A DNA stretch of 57,132 nt from Octopus sinensis (lineage: Eukaryota): positions 1 through 57,132 of the forward strand of contig NW_021833621.1 of NCBI RefSeq assembly GCF_006345805.1, in the 5' to 3' direction. Below are positions 25,321 to 37,382 of this stretch, one piece after another; position 1 is the first letter of the stretch, and each line of letters starts with the position of its first letter. The translations under genes were made by a program, and so were the position numbers. A model generated the notes under the pieces. That model was not told where the DNA came from. It saw only the letters and a program-made list of their open reading frames with translations, and searched no databases.

Positions 25321-26539
25321 TATACACATACACACACGCACATAAATATATAAATATATATATATCATCATCATCATCGTTTAACATCTGCTTTCCATGC
25401 TGGCATGGGTTGGACAGTTTGACTGAGGACTAGTGGTGGTGTTGGTGTTGGTGGTGTTGAAGGAGATGATAACGATGACGGTGTAGATGATGAATAACAT
25501 CCCTATTGGCCAGGCCCATGTGCACTGCATGACATATGGAATGGTCCTCAAAAGATTTGCTGTGGTCTCCAACAAAACAAAAACTAAAACAAAAATGAAA
25601 AAACAACTAAAGGGCAGCTCCATCTTCGTTTTAAAGACGTATGCAAGAGAAGCAATGAAATAACTGACTTTAAACCTTAAAAGCTACAGGTGATCACTAA
25701 CACAGTAGGGTAGAACTACACAGAAGTTCACTTATTAATGACGTGTCAGGACACGGTATTTTGTCATGCAACTGTAATATACTACGAAATATATTAAATG
25801 TTTTTATAAGTCTATACCTTGTTCTACTGTGTTAGCAGTGCTCTTACATCACATGTTAAGGTTATCTCTGCAGATTTTCTACAGAAATTATAGCCAGCAC
25901 CGAATTTTGTTATGAGAAATTGGTGTACTCTTCCCTCTTTTACACTTTTACCTGTTTCAGTCATTTATTTGATTGTGGCCATGCTGGAGCATTTTAGTTG
26001 ATCGAGCAAATTGACCCCAGGGACGTAAACACACCACCATCGGTTGTCAAGCAATGTTGGGGGGACAAACACAGAGACTCAAACATATACACACATATAC
26101 ATATACATATACATATATATATATACATATATATATACATATATATGACAGGCTTCTTTCGGTTTCCTATTTCTTAATTGCCCACAAGGGGTTAAACATA
26201 GATGGGACAAACAAGGACAGACAACAAGATTAAGTTGATTACATCGACCCCAGTGTATAACCAGTACTAAATTTATCGACCCCGAAAGGATGAAAGGCAA
26301 AGTCAACCTTGGCGGAATTTGAACACAGGAGGTAGCAGCAGACAAAATACCAATAAGCATTTCACCCAGCGTGTTAACATTTCTGCCAAAGTGCTGTGGC
26401 TTCTTTCAGTTTCTGTCTATCAAATCCACTCAAGGCTTTGGTCGACCTGCGGCTATAGTAGAAGACACTTGCCCAAGGTGCCATGCAGCAGGATTGAACC
26501 TGAAACCATGTGATTCATAAGCAAGCCACTTACCACAGC

Positions 26540-26585
<46 letters not shown>

Positions 26586-26936
26586 CAACGGGCTTCTTTC
26601 AGTTTCTGTCTACCAAATCCACTCACAAGACTTTGGTCGGCCTGCGACTATAGTAGAAGACACTTGCCCAAGGTGCCACGCAGTGGGACTGAACCCGAAA
26701 CCATTGTAGTTCGTAAGCAAGCTACTTACCACACAGCCACTCCTATGTCAGATGTAAACAAACAAAGAGATCAAAGATCAAAAATGGGTAGTGGGCATAT
26801 ATGCTCATCATCAATATCATCATCATCATCATCATCATAATCATCATCATCGTTTAGTGTCCACTTTCAAAAGTAAAGCATAGAGATGCTGAGGCTTAAT
26901 GGTGAAGGAAAAGAGCAAATAGCACAAAAGCAATAC

Positions 26937-27040
26937 CTTCACGCAACTCTCCATCCAATGCAGTGACTCCAGCTGAGGCTGTCACTTCTATGTGGGCCTC
27001 TACAGTTGTTGTTGACGATGTTGATTTGTCAACAGAGATT
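26937..27040 (-). CDS. Candidate internal exon of an unidentified gene (104 nt)
   Basis: Acceptor CCCTCCTACCAG|A and donor GAAG|GTATTG. Only one frame is open: ISVDKSTSSTTTVEAHIEVTASAGVTALDGELRE. Starts in phase 2, compatible with the 28178 exon. Confidence 0.45.
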
Positions 27041-28177
27041 CTGGTAGGAGGGTTTTGGTAAAAAATATGGTTGCTTACCAACCACATGGTTCCAGGTTCA
27101 GTCCCACTGCATGCCACCTTGGGCAAGTGTCTTCTACTATAGCCTCAGGCTGACTTAAGCCTTGTGAGTGGATTTGGTAGATGGAAACTGAAAGAAGCCT
27201 GTCGTATATATGTATATATATATTATATATATATATCATCATCATCATCATCGTTTAACGTCCGTTTTCCGCGCTAGCACGGGTTGGACGGTTCGACCGG
27301 GGTCTGAGAAGCCAGGGCTGCACCAGGCTCCAGTCTGATCTGGCAGTGTTTCTACAGCTGGATGCCCTTCCTAACGCCAACCACTCCACGAGTGTAGTGG
27401 GTGCTTTTTACGTGCCACCTGCAGAGGTGCCAGGAGGATATTATATATATAATATATATATATTATATATAATATATATATATACATATGTGTGTGTGCG
27501 TGCATATGTTTGTGTGCCTGTGTTTGTCCCTCCCCCCCAACATCGCTTGACAACTGATCTGATGCTGGTGTGTTTATGTCCCTGTAGCTTAGCGGTTCGG
27601 CAAATGAGACCGATAGAATAAGTACTAGGCTTACAAAGAATAAGTCCTGGGGTCGATTTGCTCGACTAAAGGCGGTGCTCCAGCATGGCCACAGTTAAAT
27701 GACTGAAACAAGTAAAAGAGTAAAAGAGTAACTGAGGTCCATCCACATGTCTACAATGGATGTAGAGGTCCGTGTGGAAGTGATCGTGCTAAGCATTTTA
27801 CCTGGTGTGCTAACAATCCAGCCAGCTCACTGCTTTACTTTAGTGGAGCCACATGGCCAAGTGGTTAGAGCGGCGGACTTGTGGTTGAGGGATCGCAGGT
27901 TCGAATTTCAGACTGGGCAATGTGTGTGTTTATGAGTGAATGAAACAGGGAAAACCCGGCTCTTATGAGCCAAGCATGGCTCAAGAAGGAACAATCGACA
28001 ACAACTGTTTTACTTTGGATAATTGATATTAAAGTGAACACAAGGACCAAGAAACATATACAAATGAAACTGGGTAGGAGGTAAAAAAAAAAAAAAAAAA
28101 ATCTAAGTCCTTGAAGATAATCATTATAAATTGTTACCATGGTTATTGGTCACCACTGGCAACGATTCCTTCTTTAC

Positions 28178-28382
28178 TGCCTGAATTCTTCCTGATTTCT
28201 GCCATAAAGAAAAGCCCTTATCCAAAATGATTGTCTGTAATTCAGTTCTTCTTCCATCATTATTTCCAGGCAATGCACTTGAAGATAAGATGTTTCTTGC
28301 ATTGGTAAGAATACACAACTTCTAGCTAAAGCACTTGACAAATGCAGATAAAATATTTGAAAGAGACTCTTCAATGGCATTT
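28178..28382 (-). CDS. Candidate internal exon of an unidentified gene (205 nt)
   Basis: Acceptor CTTTGCATCTTCAG|AA and donor CA|GTAAAG. Open frame MPLKSLFQIFYLHLSSALARSCVFLPMQETSYLQVHCLEIMMEEELNYRQSFWIRAFLYGRNQEEFR; non-repetitive; ends in phase 2. Confidence 0.45.
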
Positions 28383-28735
28383 CTGAAGATGCAAAGATTT
28401 ACTCTCTTAGCAATTTGTTGTGCTAAGTGAACAGCAGAAATAAAACGACCATATTCGGGAACTCGAAAGCCCTCTTGAATTTGAAAGTAATTAGTTGCCA
28501 ATTAGCTACACTCTTTTTTTTTACCGTTTTATTATTCCTTTATTTGTTTCAGTCACTGGACTGCAGTTATATTATGGAATCACCGTGAAGAGTTTAGCTG
28601 ATCAAATAAATGCCGGTACTTATATATTAAGTTTAGTACTTATTGGTACTTATTTCATCGGTTTCTTTTTTTCACTGGATAATCAAGAAGATAAATAATC
28701 AAGCACTAGTTGTCAAGCAATGAAAGACAAACACA

Positions 28736-28983
28736 TACGAGGGGGTACTAAAAAGTTCCTGGTTTGCAGGGAAAAAGAAAACACAGAAGGATCAGTTAAT
28801 TATGATTTTATTGTACATATTCTCCTCTCAGATTAACACACTTAATGCAGTGGTCCTTCAGTTTTTCAAAGCTGTGTAAAATAACTCAGAAGGTTGGGCC
28901 TCCAACCAAGACTTTTGCCAGGAACTTTTCGGCACCCTTTCATGTGTGTGTGTGTGTGTGTGTGTTGTGTGTGTGGTGTGTGT

Positions 28984-29040
<57 letters not shown>

Positions 29041-29047
29041 ATGTATG

Positions 29048-29083
<36 letters not shown>

Positions 29084-29390
29084 TTGTCGTTTCTTTTTCT
29101 TGTGTTGTTCTGCATTTGGGGGATTTACTATACACACATGCCACACACACATACTCACACATACACACATGCACATGAGGGGTTAGTGAAAAGTCCTGGC
29201 TTTGGGTAAAAGAAAATACAAAAGGATCAGTTAATAATGATTTTATTAAACATATTCCTCTCTCAGATTCACACACTTATTGCAGCTGTCCTTCAGTTTT
29301 TCTAAACCCTGTAAAAGAACTCAGAAGGATGGGCTTTCAACCAGGATTTTTGCCAGGAACTTTTCAAACCCCTTCATGTGTATGTGTGTG

Positions 29391-29435
<45 letters not shown>

Positions 29436-29752
29436 TACGCATTGTCATTTTTTTCTTGTATTTGTTCTTCATTTTTGGGGATCTACTATATATATATATA
29501 TATATTATATATATGGCTTATAGGTTAAATGAGGCATGCTTGCCCTTACTGCCGAAACAGCTGTCAGATATGATATAATTACATATTATATTTATATTTT
29601 ATATTTCTATTTCCTTGTCTAATTATATTTATAATATATTTTGTATAATGCCTTTACTGTCATGTAATGGTGTAATAAAGTATTGATTGGGTATCATCTG
29701 ATGGTTGATGTTTGATTGATTTAAGTATGTTTCTCCATTTTCTAATTTTGTC

Positions 29753-29819
<67 letters not shown>

Positions 29820-30844
29820 TTACATACATATACAAGGGAGGGGGTGCAGAAAAGTTCCTGCATCTGGGTAAAAGAAAATAGAGGAAGATCAGTTAATTAT
29901 GATTTTATTCAACATATTCTTCTCTCAGATTCGCATACTTATTGCAAAAACAACAAAATGACCAGATTTAGTCCTATGGAACAGAGACCGGTGAATAGAA
30001 ATTTTACTAGAACTGACAGTACCTTGGGAAGAGAACATCAGCAATGCAGAGGAACGAAAAGAGAAGAGGTATGAAAAGCTAATCGAAGAATGCAGAGAAC
30101 AGGGATGGAATGTCGAATATTATCACCTGGCAGTGGGGGCTAGAGGCTTCATTGAAAGGAAAATGACAACGCTTTTCAAAAGAAGATTTGTTTTTTCTAG
30201 CTCGGAGCTGCGAAAACTAATAAGGAGAGTACAGGAGGCGGTTGAAAAAGCCTGCTTCTATATATGGCTGAAGTGGGAAGACCGAAAATGACATGAAAGT
30301 CATAACATGCCGGCGGGAAATAACATCATTAGTGAGACAAGCTGACTGACAGGTGACGGTCGTTTAGAAAAGGCACGGGCTAAAACTAAACGCCTTCACT
30401 AGTCAGTTAAGGTGAGACAGTGTCACGTGACAACTTGCTGGGGCTGCCTGCTGGAGCCTATGCGGCAGGTATTTAAAGGGAGAAATTTGACAAGTCAGTC
30501 AGTCACCGGCTGACACTTGCTGACGAAACATCAAAGAGGCCAGGGAACAGAAGAAAGAAGAAGACATGCACCCAACACCAGAGTTGAAAACACGTCCGAA
30601 AAGGGGGGAGGGGCGCCACATCAAAACGGTAGAGGAGTAGGGGCCGAAACTGGACGTGGTTCCTCCTGATGATGTCTTCAGCAAACTGGATCCTATAAAG
30701 GAGCTATTGTGGTAGCAGACCACGAAACACGGTTGTAATTCCTTGCTGCAGTCCTTCAGTTTTTCTAAGCCCTGTCAAAGAACTCAGAAGGTTGGGTGTC
30801 CAACCAATACCTTTAAAGCCAGGAACTTTTCAGCACGCCCTCAT
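28736..30844. mobile_element. Three ~205-bp mariner-type MITEs (28736-28943; 29174-29378; 29831-29946 + 30743-30844)
   Basis: Each has GAGGGGG..AAAAGTTCCTGG / CCAGGAACTTTTC..CCCCTC termini and a shared interior; the third is split by the HERO-like fragment. Confidence 0.85.
29947..30742 (+). mobile_element. 3' fragment of an RLE-type (HERO-like) non-LTR retrotransposon; ORF remnant 29950-30291
   Basis: *PDLVLWNRDR*IEILLELTVPWEENISNAEERKEKRYEKLIEECREQGWNVEYYHLAVGARGF is a PD-(D/E)xK restriction-like endonuclease end with the HERO-type ELTVPWEE and GW..VG.RGF pattern. Inserted in a MITE with a possible TTGCA/TTGCT duplication. Confidence 0.8.
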
Positions 30845-31207
30845 ATATACACACATACATAACACCCCACCACACACATACACACACAGAGTTGTAGTAG
30901 CAGAAGTACATTTATAGGACAACTGCAAGCTATCTCTTCAATGAATTTCTGCATCATTTCTGTCTAGCAAATTCCATTTCAAGGCACACATGTGTGAAGT
31001 GAACTCCTTAATGCCTGCCCTCCCCCAAAGTAAATAAATAATTGGAAAAAAAGAAAAGCAAAGACAAGTAGTTACATCGACACTTCCCAACGCATTTAAC
31101 TGCACTTCTGTAAATGTTACTTTGCTATTTAAACAATTAAGATGTTACATAAATTATTTTTAATATAGATCATAACTAGTGATCAAAACAGAAACATTAT
31201 GAAGATG

Positions 31208-31271
<64 letters not shown>

Positions 31272-31732
31272 TAATAAATAGGTGTAGGAGTGGCTGTGTG
31301 GTAAGTAACTTGCTTACGAACCACAGGGTTCAGTCTCACAGCGTAGCACCTTGGGCAAGTGTCCTCTACTATAGCTTCAGGCTAACCAAAGCCTTGTGAG
31401 TGGATTTGGTAGATGGAAACTGAAAGAAACTCGTCGTATATATATGTGTGTGTGTGTGTATGTTTGTGTCTGTGCTTGTCCCCACAACATCGCTTGACAA
31501 CCGATGCTGGTGTGTTTACGTCCCCATAACTTAGCGGTTTGGCAAAAGAGACCGATAGAATAAGTACAAGGTTTACAAAGAATGAGTCCTGGGGTCAGTT
31601 TGCTTGACTAAAGGCAGTGCTCCAGCATGGCCACAGTCATATGACTGAAACAAGTAAAAGAGTAAAAGAGAATAGAAGCAAAAAAAGCAGAGTGCCATTG
31701 TTATCAAGTGAATAATAATAATAATGATAATA

Positions 31733-33362
31733 ATAATGTTTCTCTAAAAGAAATAGAGAAACATTCAAAATACAAAGATCTGGAAATAGAGGTAACTCAA
31801 ACGTGGAATCTAAAAACATAAACAACTTCTATCATAGTAGACACATTAGTTACGAGGGACGTTCAATAAGTAATGCCTCTGACTCACTTGCGTTTGTTTG
31901 ATCTAGTTGAAATTTTGCATGTGCAATTACTTATATCTCTATAGATTAGGTAGCAAATTACAGCTCTGAAATAATTATGGTTTCTGATTTACAGGTGTTT
32001 GAACTGAGTCAGGTGTGAAATGGAGCCTGTTGAGTGTCGAGCAGTGATCCGGTTTTTGTATTTGAAAGGACGCACACCATGGGAGACTTTTGATGAAATG
32101 AAAGTAACTTATGGTGATGATGCCCCATCATATGACCTTGTAAAAACGCTGGCATCGTGAATTCAAACATGGTCGGAACTCTGTGGAAACAGCTCCCGGA
32201 TCTGGTCGCCCCCTTCTGCCATTCATGAGGCGTCTGTCCGTCAAGTTGAGGCTGCCATTTTGGAAGATCGACGCATAACTATTCGCCAAATAGCCCATAA
32301 GGTCAAGATTAGTACCGGGTCTTTGGAAACTATCATTCATGACCATTTGCATATGCAAAATGTGTCTGCCAGATGGATTCCCAGGTTGCTCACACCTTTC
32401 CAGAAGCAAGAACGCGTCGAGTGCTCGAGGATGAATTTGGAGATGTGCCAAGAAGATGAGTCAAAATTTTTCAAAAGACTGATTACACAGGATGAAACCT
32501 GGGTCCATCACTATGATCCAGAGACCAAAGCCCAGTCAATGCAGTGGAAGCACCGTGACTCACCTCCTCCAAAGAAGGCAAGGGTACAGCCCTCTGCTGG
32601 CAAGGTCATGCTCACAGTCTTCTGGGACCAGGACGGAGTAGTGATGACAGATTTCCTGGCAAAGGGTACCACAATTACAGGAGCCTATTATGCTTCACTT
32701 TTGAGGAAATTAAGAGAAGCTATCAAAATCAAGAGGTGGGGCAAGATCAGCGAAGGCATCCTCCTCCTGCAGGACAACGCTCCGGTCCACAACTCGCGTG
32801 TCGCCAGATCAGAAGCACAGGCGTGCGGCTATGAACTCCTCCCCCACACCCCTACTCTCCTGACCTTGCACCCTCTGATTTTCACCTCTTCCCAGCCATG
32901 AAGTTGTTTTTGAAAGGAAAGCGTTTCCCAGATGATGCAGCCTTGATTTCTAAAGTCACGTCGTGGATGGAGGACCAAGCTGGGGTCTTTTACAAAAACA
33001 GTCTCCAGAGCTGGATCAAATGATGGGAGAAATGCGTAACTCTGAGTGGTTCGTATGTAGAAAAAGACCAATAACTGTGCCAATTTCCGTTGCTCTACTG
33101 GTATGGGAAGTCGGTCAGGGGCATTACTTATTGAACGCCCCTCGTATGATAAAAAAATATTCAGAGAAATACATAACTAAAACACCAAGGCTAACAAGTA
33201 TATAACATACAGAAAATAACACTACTAGGCACTGCACACATCCTATGCAAAACACCTTCAATACAATGAAAATGAGAACACCACAACAAGCCAAGCACGT
33301 ACTCAAGGCACACAGAGCTACACTCGGTAGAGCAGTGAAAACGTAATAAAAATAAGACTACT
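31733..33362 (+). mobile_element. R4/Dong-like LINE 3' fragment flanked by (AAT)n and split by the mariner at 31853-33144
   Basis: NNVSLKEIEKHSKYKDLEIEVTQTWNLK..IIVDTL | MIKKYSEKYITKTP..NIQKITLLGTAHIL is an RLE C-terminus; (AAT)n lies on both sides. Confidence 0.75.
31853..33144 (+). mobile_element. Full-length mariner (DD34D), 1292 bp, frameshifted transposase 32020-33074
   Basis: ~29-bp TIRs CGAGGGACGTTCAATAAGTAATGCCTCTG / CAGGGGCATTACTTATTGAACGCCCCTCG with TA duplication. Motifs WIPRLL, ITQDETW, LQDNAPVH and YSPDLAPSD, with 34 residues between the second and third D. Confidence 0.95.
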
Positions 33363-33392
33363 CAATAATAATAATGATAATAATAATAATAA

Positions 33393-33955
33393 ATGCCCTG
33401 ATGCAGTACTAGACAGTGGCTCTCGTGGCTTCTAATCTTAACTGGTTGGAAGAGTTATCATGTACATTGTTTTGTCTAGGTATAAAAGATGGGCTACAGC
33501 AAATATTCTGCTCAATACCACAGATTTGCTTGTCAGTTGTTTGACCTTAACCGGTTGAGCAAGCCCCTTGGTGGCTGACGATATGTGCATCTCTGATCAC
33601 GAGCAGAAGTAGTGGGGGAGCATCATAGCCATGTGTTGAGAGGGATTCTTTGGGGCTTGAATAATTCACCTCTGGAAACATGGGTGTTTCATTCAACATC
33701 CTTAAACAACACTTATTCAGGGAGCTTTTGAGCAAGGTAGGCTACTTGATGAGAAGAAAATTCTAACTGGGCTCCACCTGCAAGGTCATGTGCTGTTTAT
33801 CTTGATATGAGATCACCATGTCGCGCACATATGGTTGTGATGCATGTGCCTGGTGTACCCTTATCAGACGAGTAGTCATGATGGGTATACTGGGCTTCGT
33901 ATATTTTACCCTAGTGTCACTTTGATGGCATGCTCTGCTCTCTCACTCAATAATA
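33393..33955 (+). mobile_element. Unclassified ~560-bp (AAT)n-tailed interspersed repeat
   Basis: Co-linear with the reverse complement of 14363-14905; ends CTCTCACTCAATAAT; no tRNA head seen. Confidence 0.8.
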
Positions 33956-34006
33956 CTAACAACAACAACAACAACAATGATAATAATGATAATAACAACG
34001 ATACTA

Positions 34007-34038
<32 letters not shown>

Positions 34039-34340
34039 CAATAACAACAACAAATACAAATGTCAGAAAAAACTTAAGCATGACATGCCCTCCATTGACA
34101 ACCAGAAAGGTTTTTATTCAGAAAAGTAGGTGTGAATCTATAATAGAGGATTTTGTTATTGCTTTTCTCTTGGAAACAGTAATCATAAATAAGGTAATAT
34201 CAATCGTAAGTAGGTAGGTATATCGAAAACATGCCAAGACAAGCTAGATAGGAATAATGGTAATAATAACAATGATGATAATAATAATAATGATGATGAT
34301 AATAATAAGGATAATAATAATGATAATGATAATAATAATG

Positions 34341-34384
<44 letters not shown>

Positions 34385-34896
34385 AATAATAATAATGATA
34401 ATAATAAAGATAATAATGTTTACATGAATTAAAATGATAGATTGATAAAAAAAACATCAATTACCCCCATCAATATAGGAATATTTGACGACTCATTTTC
34501 TCTCTCTCTCTATCTCTCTCTCCATCCTTTTTCTTTCTTTCTCTCTATCTCTCTTTTTCTTTCACTGTCTCTGTTTTGTCACTTTCTCTCTCTCTCTCTC
34601 TCTCTCTTCCTCTCTCTCTCTCTTCCTCTCTCTCTCTCTTCCTCTCTTTCTCTCTCTCTCTTTGTCATTATCTCTTTGGCCACTCTTTCTCCCTCTTTTT
34701 CTCTCTCTGTCTCTGTTTTATCTCTTTTTCTCTCTCTTCCTCTTCCCCCTCTCCCCCTCTCACTTTCTCTCCTCTTCTGCTTAGATTCAGCACATTTGAC
34801 TACTACAGTGTACAAAATCGGTTGTGGTCGTTGTGGAAGTATACTTTTATGGGATGACTGCAAGCTATCTCTTGTACATACACACACACACACATA

Positions 34897-34935
<39 letters not shown>

Positions 34936-35163
34936 CACACACACTCACACAGAGAATTTGAAGCTTTATGCAATAGACAATGATCAGTTAGGTAATATGA
35001 ACAATATATTTCAAACAATGCTGGGTATAATGCATGTATGTGCACGTACCTGTGTGTGTATGTATATGTAGATGTGTGTAAGTAAACATGTGTGTGATTG
35101 TGTATTTAACGATTTGGTCTCGAAGGAAGGAGTTGTAAGATTAGTGAGATTAATGCAACAGGT

Positions 35164-36405
35164 GTTTCTCCTTTAAAGCTGCAGGGGAAATGTTTATACA
35201 GGGGGGAGGGAATATCAGTGGGCTGGCGCTTGGTGGGGAAGAAGGGATGGGTGAAAATTGGCTAGTACATGGTTCGGCTGGAGGACGTAGATACAATAAA
35301 GATAATCTTTTCTACTCTAGGCACAAGGCCTGAAATTTTGGGGGAAACAGGGGGCAGTCAGTTAGATCGACACCAGTATGCAACTGGTACTTAATTTATC
35401 AACCCCGAAAGGATGAAAGGCAATGTTGACCTCGGCAGAATTTGAACTCAGAACGTGGTGACAGATGAAATACTGTTTCTCCTTAAAGCTGCAGGGGAAA
35501 TGTTTATACAGGGGGAAGGGAATATCAGTGGGTTGGTGCTTGGTGGGGAAGAAGGGATGGGTGAAAATTGGCTAGTACATGGTTCGGGTGGAGGACGGAG
35601 ATACAATAAAGATAATCTTTTCTACCCAAGGCACAAGGCCTGAAATTTTGGGAGAACAGGGGCAGTTGATTAGATTGACCCCAGTATGCAACAGGTACTT
35701 AATTTAATTGACCCTGAAAGAATGAAAGGCAAAGTTGACCTCGGCAGAATTTGAACTCAGAACATGGTGACAGATGAAATACTGTTTCTCCTTAAAGCTG
35801 CGGGGGGGAAATGTTTATACAGGGGGAGGGAATATCAGTGGGCTGGTGCTTGGTGGGGAAGAAGGGATGGGTGAAAATTGGCTAGTACATGGTTTGGGTG
35901 GAGGACGTAGATACAATAAAGATAATCTTTTCTACTCTTAGGCACAAGGCCTGAAATTTTGGGGGAACAGAGGCAGTCAGTTAGATCGACACCAGTATGC
36001 AACTGGTACTTAATTTAATTGACCCTGAAAGAATGAAAGGCAAAGTTGACTTCGGCAGAATTTGAACTCAGAATGTGGCGACAGATGAAATACTGTTTCT
36101 CCTTGAAGCTGCAGGGGAAATGTTTATACAGGGGGGAGGGAATATCAGTGGGCTGGTGCTTGGTGGGGAAGAAAGGATGGGTGAAAATTGGCTAGTACAT
36201 GGTTCGGGTGGAGGATGTAGATACAATAAAGATAATCTTTTCTACCCAAGGCACAAGGCCGGAAATTTTGGGGGAACAGGAGCAGTCATTTAGATCGACA
36301 CCAGTATGCAACTGGCACTTAATTTAATTGACCCTGATAGAATGAAAGGCAAAGTTGACCTCGGCAGAATTTGAACTCAGAACGTGGTGACAGATGAAAT
36401 ACTGT
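35164..36405. repeat. ~310-bp tandem repeat (4 copies): G-rich unique segment + partial SINE-B
   Basis: Units start at 35164, 35475, 35784 and 36095. Confidence 0.95.
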
Positions 36406-37350
36406 TAAGTGTTTTACCCAGTGGGCTAACAGCTCAGCCAGCTCATTGCAGGGTTACAGTATTGATCGCTTGATATGTGTAGTTATTATCATGTCTTTGT
36501 GCAAATTGAAAATGACAAGGCTAGCATGATACTAAATTGGATAACGTTTAGAAGATCTCCTCCATTCACGGAGTTAGTCCAGGTTTTTGAGACAAAACAG
36601 AGACAGAGAGAGAAAAAGAGGGAGAAAGAGTGGCCAAAGGGATAATGAAAAAGATAGAGAGAGAAAGAGAGAGAGAGAAAAAGTGACAAAACAGAGACAG
36701 TGAGAGAAAAAGAGGGAGTGGTTAATGTTAGGAAGGGCATCAAGCTGTAGAAACTCTGCCAGATCAGACTGGAACCTGGTGTGGCTTCCTAGCACGCCAG
36801 TCCCCAGTCAAACTGTCCAACCTATGCCAGCATGGAAAGCAGATGTTAAACGATGATGATGATGATGAGGTTAAAGGAAGATGAAGAATGATATCATCTG
36901 CACAGGTGTAAACATTGTTGAAGGTAACTGCAAACAGATTCAAAAATTATGAGATGAAGAGTCATGGATGGAATGCACTTCCTTGAATGAGGATGATCAG
37001 AAATTAAGCAATAACAAGAACAACAATATAAAATAGATAATGAATTTAAAGATCGGTACAAGAATCTAATTCAACAAATTGCTGGAACACGTATTTAAAT
37101 TAGATATTTTGGATCATATTCCAAAATTATGGATGTGCAGAGGTGGTTTAGATGCTTGCTTTGCAACCACATGGCTTCAGGTTCAATCCTGCTGTGTGGC
37201 ATCTTGCACAAGTGTCTTCTACTATAGCACCAGGCCAACCAAGGCTTTGCAAGTGAATTTGATAGATGGAAATATATCGTATGGAAGTCCTTTGTGTGTG
37301 TATATGTGTGTGTGTATGTATGTATGTATGTATGTATGCATGCATGTATG

Positions 37351-37382
<32 letters not shown>

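Noticed and set aside
28124-28480. Alternative frame IQEGFRVPEYGRFISAVHL... across the 28.3-kb exon candidate
   Set aside because: Contains an internal TAG and ends in a phase incompatible with the 27040 exon; it could be revisited if polishing reveals an indel.
30640-30700. GAAAC...CTGATGA in the HERO-like 3' UTR as a permuted hammerhead
   Set aside because: No stem I can form between the putative NUH and CTGATGA, and stem II partners do not pair.
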